Shown: one piece after another, positions 49,789-60,700 of the stretch
Position numbering within the stretch: the stretch's first letter is position 1
How the letters are laid out: each line of letters starts with the position of its first letter
Origin: Tubulanus polymorphus
Lineage: Eukaryota > Animalia > Nemertea
DNA length: 64,000 nt
Direction: 5' to 3'
Assembly (NCBI RefSeq): GCF_964204645.1
Contig: NC_134026.1
Coordinates: 18,758,150-18,822,149 of the forward strand
The notes under the pieces: model-generated
What the model was told of the DNA's origin: nothing
Seen by the model: the letters and a program-made list of their open reading frames with translations, nothing else
The model's database searches: none
Program-made: the position numbers and the translations under genes

Positions 49789-52700
49789 ATGAACTGGATG
49801 TTGTGTTTTGTCTTGTTGCATTCTCTGTTAATCGCTAGTAAGCATTGATCAAGTGAACCATAAAACGTACATTTATATATTATTTTTTCCAACACATACT
49901 TATCATGATTGTTCTTTGTTTTGAAGATGCTGAGGCACTGTCTACAATTCACTTTTCACAAGAGAAGGTCATTTTGGAGGTGTGGCAAAGGGCTAGTTTT
50001 GAGTTGATTCTCAGGTTAATATGAAGTTTAAGATGGACAGTAATACATGTACCATAGTTAGATTACATTCCAAGCTCTAAAAAGTGGATATCACTTTTTT
50101 GAAGCCTGTAAAAACAAAGAACAGGAATTATATACCAGTGTGCAGTATATGTTGAACCATGTTCTAAAGAAAGTCTTGTTTGTTTGAATCTTTTTCAGCG
50201 AACCACTAGTTAACGGAACAATTTTGACATTCATTTATGATGAGCAAGGCAAAACGTCAGTTCACCAGGAAACCAAATTCATCGATAATCTGCTTGATTT
50301 AACAATACCTGCGAATGTGACTGGGGCGTTTAACTTTACTGTCAAATGTCTGGGCAAAGCTGGACATCTAAACTTGGAACTAAACTCTACTTCTCATGAA
50401 ATTATCAGGTATGATGCTTGCAATGTTTCAATTTATAGAATGAACACCTTTCTCATTAATTAATGAGTTCGTGTAAGATACTTCATTTTCACATATTATG
50501 ATAGAATTGTGGGTATCCCACACCAGGTGGTCACAAAGATATTTTCTGAAAGATTATGTTAACTTTTTAGAACACACTGATCCAATTTTTGCTCGGTTAA
50601 ATATACTAAAAATTAAGAATATTAACAAACTCCAACTAGCTATTTTTGTACTTAAATTCGTCAATTCAAAATTGCCTAGGACCTTTAACAACTATTGGAA
50701 CTTCAATTATCAAATTCATAATAAACCTACGCATAATAGATTTAGAATAAGATTGCCTTATTTTAGAACTGTAACTAGAAAATCTTCTGTCAAGATATCC
50801 GGTCCCCTATTATGGAATACTCTATCTGAATCAATTCGAACTATTCAAAGCAAACCTGCCTTTAAGCGTACCTACATTAAATCATTATTCAACACTTTGT
50901 AAATTTTCATTCTATACAAACCTATGTTAATGTGTAATACGTGAAACATTTTTTTTTGTTTCTTTTCGCCTGTTAATTACTTGTGTGCATGATGTGTCAG
51001 TGTGATGAATGTGGTGTGGATGCTTCTGGGTGATACGGCTTAGATAGACTGTTTCAGTCTCTCCGTGTAGCCCCATTATCCTGTTACATTTTTCTTCGTC
51101 TAATCATACTTATTATATCGTTCAATAATGTAACATCGTAATGAAAATAAATTTCAATTTCAATTTAAGAAACATTGAGTTAAACTTAATTCTACTCATA
51201 TCTTACATATGCGTACCATGACTATATCATCGTATTGTATTGTATCGTTCACAACAACGAGAGGCATTTTTATGCCTATTTCTATAGGTTGTCTTCATTT
51301 AAGGGATTTGATTTGAATGAAGGGTTAAAAACGGATTAAAGTCTAACGTCGATTATAATGATTGTCCGGATTCATAGAAGAGCCATGTTAACTGTTAACC
51401 TGGGCAGAATAAGTAAAGCGAGATGGAGATTTCTTTAGCTAACTTGTTTATTTGAAGTATGAGCTTTGTACGAGCTTTTTGCTATCTGTCTCGCTTTACT
51501 TGATTATTGTCCGTTAAAGATAAAATACGTGCCTGTATACCATACCCAGCATGGTCATGATTATTAATTGTTTTATTTCTGCATTTATTCTTTGTTTCTA
51601 TTTTAGACTTTCAGCTGTATTTATGATCATTGAAATAATCTATAGCAGAGCTGTAAATACAATCAACGATGTGTTTGGTTGGGTTTATGTCATTGCCTGG
51701 TCGGCTTCATCGTATCCCCAAATTGTAGAGAATTATCAAAGAAAAAGGTACATCAGGATCCAGTTCCACAGTTGTGAGTTAGAGTTAACTCAGAGTTGAA
51801 ATAGTTCATCTTCAATGAGTTAACTTTGAGTCAAATCCTAACCCAGAACTGTGGAACTGGGTCCCGAGTTGTAGATAACCTCCTACCACTGATGTTAATT
51901 CTCAACATTTATTCATTTATTAGTAATACATGTTTTATCAGGACTTTGGTTATGTTAGTCTCTGAAACATGCCTGAAAGTGCAGATAATCAAAATCTTTT
52001 TGATTGAGAAGTTGATATAATATTTCTAAACCTCGAAAACTACAAGGTTTAAATCACATAATGAAGATTACCATTTCTAGATTTTCAAATATTTGGCGAG
52101 ATTTTCGTTCTTATTGACATTTACTTTCTGATTTTTCTTTTTATTATTTTCTTTTTTTACATTACAGCGTAATTGGTTTGAGTTTTGACTACACTTTAAT
52201 AAACTCGATCGGATTCTCTGCCTATAGTTTGTACAATGTAGGAATGTTATGGATACCAGCAGTAATAGTGAGTACTATTTCAACTCTTGGAGAAAGCGTC
52301 CCTCTTTTTTCTTCTTATTGTGAAATCTGTTAAACTGGAAGATTTGCCAAAACATTTATCTACATGTATGCGTTTGTATGACCACATTTGCTATTTCCAA
52401 CAACGCTGAAGTGACAGTTTTCAAACACATATTGGTAATTAATTGTGTTTAAATTGAAATATCTATGATTGATTATGTATTTGTAGGAAGACTATCAAAA
52501 TCTTCATCAAAGGGATATAAATCCGGTTCAAATAAATGACGTATGCTTTGCCCTACATGGTCTCTTATGCTGCTACATTTTGATAATACAATGCTTCATT
52601 TATGAGGTATGTTCCGGGCCCAGATCCATAGTTTATGGCTTAATATAGACCACGTCGCACTACAACTCCAGCGTCATATTTTAACTAAGAAAGTGAAATG

Positions 52701-53179
52701 ACCGGCATACAATGGTGTTTAATTCAGCCGCATCATAATGCTTCCCACTTCAGAGTCAAATATTAACTAACAAAGCATATGGATGGGTAATGATATTTAT
52801 CATATCTATCTTTTCATTGTTTAAGCGAGGAAATCAAAAGTTATCATGGATGGTAGTGGGTTTGAGCGTTGTGATGTGTCTCTATTGCTTGGTTTTAGCA
52901 GTATTAACAGCCTGTGATGTTTTCGGCTTGTCATGGTTCACGTGTTTTCTTTACATCTCTTACGTAAAGATATTGGTGACTCTGATAAAATATGCCCCGC
53001 AAGTAAGTGGCCTTTCTTTAAACTTTCTGGATCTTGAAAATTCATCTTGGAATCGCTAATTGGAGCCCACCTCCCTGGTTAGAGTTAACCAGTGGATAGT
53101 TGAAAATATGACGATTAAAATTTCATTGTTGCATTTATTGGCCAGTTATCTTTAACCAACATTGTGAACAATTGGCCCC

Positions 53180-53216
<37 letters not shown>

Positions 53217-54237
53217 CGTGTGTGCGTGTGTGCGTGCGTGTGTGTGTATGCACGATCCTTGAATTATTTCTGGATTAGATTTTGATTGGTTTACATGTAG
53301 ATCGCAATTAGACTGATGTTATTTATCATTATGATATCCCCATTGAAGAAATCTGGACTTGACTGGGGTTTGATAGTATATTTAAATCTTTTAGGCTTTA
53401 CTGAACTACCGAAGAAAAAGTACGAACGGGTTTAATATCTATGGCATAATCGGTGATATGATAGGTGGAATTTTTAGTATACTCCAACTATTTCTGCTGG
53501 CGTACAACAATGGTAGGTAATGATAATGGTAATTGAAATACAAATAAAGAACCAATCCAACCTTAGTGGACAAATTTCAATGATGTGGAGACAGCTTTGG
53601 TCCTGGTTTGATTATTCTATATGGGATCATTCATTTATTATGTATGCATAAAATTTGAATTTTTCAACCCTCTCCCGCTCTTTACACAAAATCGGCTACT
53701 TTTTCATATACATTTAGCATTACAGTACGCAATTGCACTGACCCCTCCCCCCTCCCCTAAAGCAGACATAATAAATGAATGACCCCTATGTACACAGATG
53801 AGATCCATTGATTCTCATTAGATACTTGAATGATTCCAAATTATACCCTTATCTTAAACTGTTCACTTCGACCCTAGCCCCCTCTGATTGTTTCGAAATT
53901 TAGCGGAAACTTCAATGAATTTAAGAATGTAAATGTATTGAAGTACCTATCTGAATAGTTGTCAAAGACGATTGAGGCTGACATCTGTGGAATAGTCTAT
54001 ATTTGTATTTCAGATGCGTGGAACTCATTATTTGGAGACTTCACGAAATTTGCATTGGGTATAATTTCCTTTCTGTACGACATTCTCTTTATGGTGCAAC
54101 ATTATATACTGTATCGTAACATGCTTCCTCTGGATCAGCGTCCACAGCAAGATCAGTCAACGGTCGATAAGATGGATGATACCAATGAAGAGGAAACCCA
54201 TGATGACCACGACGATCTAAGTCCTTTAATTGTGTGA
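49789..54237 (+). CDS. CTNS: Cystinosin-like paralog B (divergent tandem duplicate), ~408 aa
   Basis: Exons 49789-49837, 49927-50014, 50199-50408, 51607-51747, 52168-52267, 52487-52606, 52826-53002, 53395-53512, 54014-54237. Same intron phases as paralog A and identical lengths for four exons (141, 100, 120, 118 nt). Intact ORF with both PQ motifs (SYPQ, YAPQ) and GDFTKFALG. Confidence 0.92.
50570..51166 (+). mobile_element. 5'-truncated LINE (L2/Crack/CR1 group) 3' end in CTNS-B intron 3
   Basis: ORF end HTDPIFARLNILKI...GPLLWNTLSESIR...FKR typical of L2/Crack ORF2, then a 3' UTR ending AATAAATTTCAATTTCAATTT. Confidence 0.8.
53184..53248. repeat. (TG)n/(TGCG)n microsatellite
   Basis: Directly visible in CTNS-B intron 7. 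Confidence 0.95.
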
Positions 54238-55538
54238 TATTTGTGTCTCCTAATTGAGCAAAACCATTTCATTTCCAAGGATTCACCCCTTGGTCAAGAA
54301 ATGTGGAAATTTAGTATCAGTAGAGTGCATAAATGATAAGGTCATCTGATGATTAAACCTTAGGATCAAATCCTTCATCTACAGCTGTCATGTTGTACTG
54401 TCATATGATGTGACATTTCTATGAGGGTATGCAAAAAAATGAAGTTGAAAAATGGAGCATTTGAAATCTCATAAAGGAAAGGGTTTCCAGCTATTTGGCA
54501 CTCCCTCGAATGCATAAGGTTTATTGAAATTAACAGTAAAAAGAAGAGAAATTGAAATCTCAAAAAGAAAAGGGTTTCCAGTTACTTGGTTCTCCCTTGT
54601 ATTCGAATCAGGTCTTTATTGAAATGAACAGCTGATCATAACTCTATTTTTGAGAGTTCTATTCTTAAAGATGTATGTTATACAGTAGGCTGCTTGCCTC
54701 GGAATGTTGCATACCCAAGAAAAATTTTTTAAATGTGTCTACAAAGAATCATGTGAGGACGACCTATTAATTGTAGCTCCAACTGCCCCGGAATTCATTT
54801 ACTACAATTTATTGATCCCCCGAGATCCGAGGCAAGCCGAGTCTTCTGTGATTTATATTTTTTACTGTATAATATGGAAGCCATACTTTAAATCTATAGT
54901 ATTAAATACTTGTTATTATTTTAAAGGTTTTTCCATACATATTTATTATCATACACATGTATATTTACTGTAACATTTCGAGAATGAAACTCTTAATTCT
55001 GCTTTTATGATGAGTTTACATACCAGGATTATCAAGGTAAAAAAAGATTGATATTGACATGTTATATCTTATTTTCTCTGATAATCCACAGCTGTCAGTC
55101 AGCCTTTTACATTTCTAGAACAAAGGCTCTTTCACTAACTCAATAAGAAATACAAACTGTGATATTAGTATTCCAAAGTTGGTGTTGAAATAGGGTTCTG
55201 AATGATAATTCTACTTGTACCATTCAGCGTTAATAAACATTCTCAAATAATCAATACCTTAATCTTTTTCAGTAATCTTCTACTGGACCCTTACATGTAC
55301 TTCTATTTGGGTCTCCATTAAGTATGTTAACCCAAAATGCTGGTGCACTGTGATTGTGGCCATTTTAGGGCCCCTCTCATGGATGGATGACATGTACTTT
55401 ATGAATGGCCCATCCACATAATGACGAGCAAACAAAATGTAAATTTGCAAAATGTTGCGATGCTCCTTTCTCCAATATGCCAAGAAGTTAATCGAAGAAG
55501 TCCCACAATTCGATATGATAAAATTTAATATTTTGAAA

Positions 55539-55580
55539 CCACAACGTTTCGGCTGTTGACTGATAGCCATCATCAGGTGG
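55539..55580 (-). ncRNA. Penelope-type minimal hammerhead ribozyme motif with intact core
   Basis: Minus strand reads CCAC-CUGAUGA-U-GGCU(AUCAGUCAAC)AGCC-GAAA-CGUU-GUGG. Stem I is CCAC/GUGG, stem II is GGCU/AGCC, and the palindrome AACGUU replaces stem III. Confidence 0.6.
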
Positions 55581-55916
55581 AATAGCTAGAAGTGTATTTT
55601 CTACCATGCCTAGAAGTTTGTTTTCCTTTTACCTATAGTTTGCAGAAATGACGGTCAAGTAAATATGTGTACCACCTATATCACTAATTTTCTTTCAGTA
55701 GTGTATGGCAGGGATTCCAACCATCTGCATTCCCTGGTAAAAACAGAATTTTCCATGTCCCCGAATGTCAGTAGGAAAGACAGGAGAGTTGTTATCTTGA
55801 CAGATTCAGCAGTAACCACAATTTCCCAGTGTTTTCCAGAGATTTGCCAAATCTCTGAAAATCTTTGAGAAATTGGTTGTGTTTTCCAGAATCGTGGTTG
55901 CCCTATATATCTTAAT

Positions 55917-56341
55917 CAGGGTCCTTACAGATCATTCATCCGGAATATGAGTTTTCAAGGAGGATATCTCGAGGAAGTGTCCGTATCACTCATATCGCAA
56001 TTACTGTAGACTTCTGCTTAGCCAATGCTGTTTATCAGTATCTGGTAATTCAGTGGTTTCGTAAGCAAATTTTTTATCCTCGACACTACCAACCTTGGTT
56101 TCTAATTCGATGTAATCGGGTTAACAAAATCCAGGTCCAAACTCTACCGATTTAGGCGTAGTCTATTTGTTTCAACTACCAAACAACTACACAAAACTTT
56201 CTCTAATTGCCTTTTTCTCAAAATTGAAGGAGTTCCAAAGGAGTTTTGGGCATTTCGTTCAAATCAAAGGAGTTTCAAGCACCTTTAAAAGCATTTTCCA
56301 TGTTGGGAGTTTTTAGGGAATCGAGGAGTCGTTAGGACCTA
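55917..56341. mobile_element. MITE with 5-bp TSD; related fragment at ~45135-45260
   Basis: TTAAT|CAGGGTCCTTAC ... GTTAGGACCTA|TTAAT; internal GGAGTTT repeats. Confidence 0.55.
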
Positions 56342-57765
56342 TTAATAGTCAATCTTCTCTGTATTTCGGGATTTTTACTGTATTTATCATTTCAACGCAG
56401 ATCAAGATTACAACCTAGTTAGTTACTCGTAGTGTAGTCACAAATCACCAGTTCAGTAGCATTTTGATTCAAAAGCGCCTGGCACAAGCTAACAGAGATA
56501 TTGTAATCTTTGACCACTGAAAAAGAATGATCATGGAACCTTTAAATACACGAAAAAGATAGAGAACTATGACACACATGGAACTTAGAATGTACGTACG
56601 TTTTCTCTCATTTATTTACATATTTAGATAATGTTTTTCTTAAACAGGTTTGAATAAATAGTTCAATGTAATTTACAACTGCTTGTCTCTCTCATAGAAT
56701 ATACACAATTTATTATAATACAGGCACAAATAACTGAATCCAATTGTACACCTGGGCCCAGTAGCCCCGTCTATCAGTTGAGAATATGGTCTGAAAAATA
56801 TTCTTTAATGACAACTAGTATTACCTGGTAAAATGTGGGAATGGCAATATAAGCTGATGGAATTCGACTGGTATCAAATCTTAGCTCTGACAATAACCGA
56901 TCCCCAGGTTCCACTGTTGACTTAAGTTTCATATTTGACTTTTTTTTCAAGTTGAAAATGTTTCAAATATTGACAAGTACCTGCACCTCTAGCATCAAAT
57001 TTCAACTCAGACCTGTGTCCAGGAGCCAGTTCCACAAATCTGATAAAGATTTGACCCTAGTCATTAGAAATGAAACGATTTCAACTCGAACTCTTAACAG
57101 TGGAACTGGGTCAACAGTGGCGATTTATCACACCTAAGACTATAAGAATTTACAGTTACAGGCAGAGCGAGTTCCAAAGTTTTGAGCTAGATTGAACTTC
57201 GTGTTGGAGAGTGAAATCCTAACTCCACTGCGAAACCGGATTCAGAATATCAGCGATTTCAAAATCAAAAGTAGACTGTACATTTTTTTTCACCATTCCC
57301 TTGCACAACCGATTTTGACCATCTATGAACTCGGTCTGAAGAATATTTACATGTACAACAAACTGACCAAGTTAGAACTTACAAAAAATCTTAGTTTGTC
57401 TTAAAATGTGACTGAATCACGAACAGAGCCTTTGTTGACAACAAAATTCAACAAATTTCCATCAAAAAGTTATATATTCCTCAAGATCCCTCACATTGAA
57501 AACCTGAAAATATTCTCAAGTATCAAATCCTTAAGGTTCTATAATCAAAGATACAGAGAAGCTATTGAATGCAAGGCGATCAATTTATACATCATTATAT
57601 ATCATTTAACAAAAATTTCCTAAGGTTTTACCACCTTTCCTGCTGACTTATAACGCTGGTCCCTCACGATCAAACATTTGCCATTTAAAACTAATTGATT
57701 TTTCCCCCATTGCCTGGTGAACGTCATTGCCAGTTAGGCTACACATGTGACTAGAATTGGTAGAT

Positions 57766-60700
57766 TTATATTTCTTTCTCAGCCGGTGGCCGCCGCTGAC
57801 TATTATGTTTCACATGTTGCGCAACCCATTGAATTCCAGTATCGACGCCATCTCTGAAAATGAAGTAAGACATACAGAGAAATACCACAACTGATGCAGG
57901 AATGATCAAATAACTATGATACAGTAGACTGTGGGGACCTTTTGGAGTATATCCCAGTTAAATGGGATTCATGTACAGGGTCAGAACCACCTGAGTTAAA
58001 TAGTCATTTTGAGTTGATCAGATCTAACTCTACAATACACTTTACCGAAAATTCATTACCCGGTAATAGTAGTCTTAATGAAATTTTGATTACAGGTTGG
58101 AATTCAATTGTTTGGGGTTCGATGAATTCAATCTGGCCTGGGCCCAAGCTTACAATGAATTGTTCATCAATACAAACTGATGTAACAAGTTTGTTCATTA
58201 CATTATGATGCACTGCTTCAACGCATATGAATTAGTGAATTGGTCCAGCCAGCAGATTATACATCTGCAAAATAGTTGGCATTTCCAATCCTCTAATGAA
58301 CAGTGGCGTTTGAACAAAGGTTCGACCGTGGTTTCTGATAATAACTATATATGGAAATTACCTAGCCCATTAGATACATCCCATGATAACACGGCTTGTT
58401 TAAAAAGACTGGTGATACGAGACAGAACGTCGAAATGCACTAATTCGTTGATCGGATAAATCGTCATTTTTGAGTCGGTCCTAAAGTGACGAGTAAAGCA
58501 AGTTGACTGTAGTTTTATTTGAGTTGCCACTTATCCTCAACACTAGTCGATATAGTGAAGCCCTGGGTCTGAGCAATGTAACGTAGGCCTAGAGGTAGAA
58601 CGAATGCATATTTTACATACCCATTCAAAGCAGAAACACCTAAAACACGGCAATCTCGACTACCAATTTTATTTGAACTATCTCTAAATGCACTTTTGAT
58701 GTCGCCAACTGATAAATGACTCTGCGGATAAAACAAAACAATTATTGTGAAATTTTTAAATACATACACTGGACTCATTTCGGTATAAGCGCAAGTTTGA
58801 TTTGACCGCTGCTGAACTACAAGAGTACCTGAACATCCTGCTTGTTGGCTAAAACAAGTAAAAGAACACCGTCTAACGCTTCACTACTCAACATTTTCTC
58901 TAAAAAATTAAAAAGACGGATGTGTGAAAATCATCTATACGCATTTGATGCTTGTATTCTGGCAACTTCTACAATACTACAATACTTCGATTATTAATTA
59001 ATCCAAAATTGATCATTAATTCTTAGTGCAGTATTCATATTGAATTGAGAAGCAAAAACTAAAGAACCGTTTGCAAATACAGGTGCATCTTCCGTTGGTG
59101 CATGTTCTCGCTAGACTCAGCCACAACACAAAACCCTGCCTGATTAGCCTTATGTGCAGGCACACGCACAATGTCACTATCAGCCAATCAGAAATCACAT
59201 ATGATTTCAGCCCGGATCATTCTAAGCTATAATTATCCATTAAATTTGCATCAGGCAATCTGGTTGGCTCCACTCGTTTTCATGCGGCAAACCTGCGCAC
59301 TCGTGTTAGCGCCGCAGGGTTCTGTGCCATGGCAGCCTCGATGCCATCAAGTTTGAGTCCCCGCCGGGTGAGGATGAAACTGGTGTTTCTATTGAAGGTG
59401 AAGCTAGTTCTCCCTTGAGGGAGTGTTAGCAAAAAGAAATACAAGACAGGACGACACAAAAGACACATACCAAATGCTTGCTTTGATTCTTCTAAACGTT
59501 CACTGTCCGAGGAATCTATTACGTAAATCACAGCGTGAGACTCGATATAGTACTACAAAAATAAATACCAACATTACAGTACGGTGATCAAGGCTCACCC
59601 CCTTAAAAATTCATTGTATTTATTTCGTCAAAGTAATTATAATACTTGTATGACAATCTTTCATTGATTTTACAGTTAAATATTCACTATCTACATGTAT
59701 ATGTATAAGATTCGAACATACTTTATCCCATAGCGTTTGAAGATCATCTTGTCCGCCGAGATCCCAGAAATTCAGCCGTATTGCACCAAGATCAACTTTA
59801 CCGACTAGTACATAGAAAAAAATATTCATTTGTTGAGTAACAAACACTAAGGGCAGGCATACTGCAATGCATATGACCACACATGCATGAGGGGGACAGC
59901 TTACATGTAATTATCTTCGTCTTGAGCAGTTTAGAGCAAATTTATGTTCCAGAATTGAAAAATTCAATACACAAATTTTCATTACGGCAATTCAATGCAG
60001 CGGTAATCATAGTTCTATTCAACGGTAGACTTAGCCTTACTAAGTCGCTCTAAACCGTAAATGTTTGACCAGAGGTAAGAATGATTCAATGCATTAATAA
60101 GAGTAATTTTGCAAGTTGAAAGGAGTTTTAAAGTCTATGAAAATGATTTTTCAAGGAAAGATCAACAAGCAGTATGAACATCGGAATCGATAAGACTCAC
60201 TAAAAAGAACCTTTATGAATACCACCTATTGAAGTGATTTTCAGGAAAAACTATCATCAACCCTCTCATTTCTGATCTCGAAATTCTGCGAGCACAAACC
60301 TCAAATTAGTACCTCGAAATTGTTTGAGTCAGCACTCGTCTAAGTGAGCATTTTGGTATTCTACACTGATATACATGCATGTGACAGATCAATGTGCCTA
60401 ATACAGTTGGTCGCTAAAATACTATGTTGCAATTCATGAATTTTTGGCAAAAAGCATCTAGGGGCCCAGAGAGCGTCAAATATATCTCAGTACAGTCATG
60501 AGTCATGTTTTCACAACTTTCGTGACATTATATTGATTGATTTGGCTGCTCGCCATAGAAACACTGATATAGGTAAGAGAAGTCTTTGCATATACTGATG
60601 ATAGTATATGTATCGCTGATGCCGATTTTGGAGTTCAAACCAACATTTTGAAAACTTCCGGCAATAAATTAAGCCTTGTTTACTAACATAAACGGAATGC

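Noticed and set aside
37595-54237. CTNS duplication as an uncollapsed-haplotype assembly artefact
   Set aside because: The proteins are strongly diverged and the introns unrelated in length and content, indicating an old real duplication.
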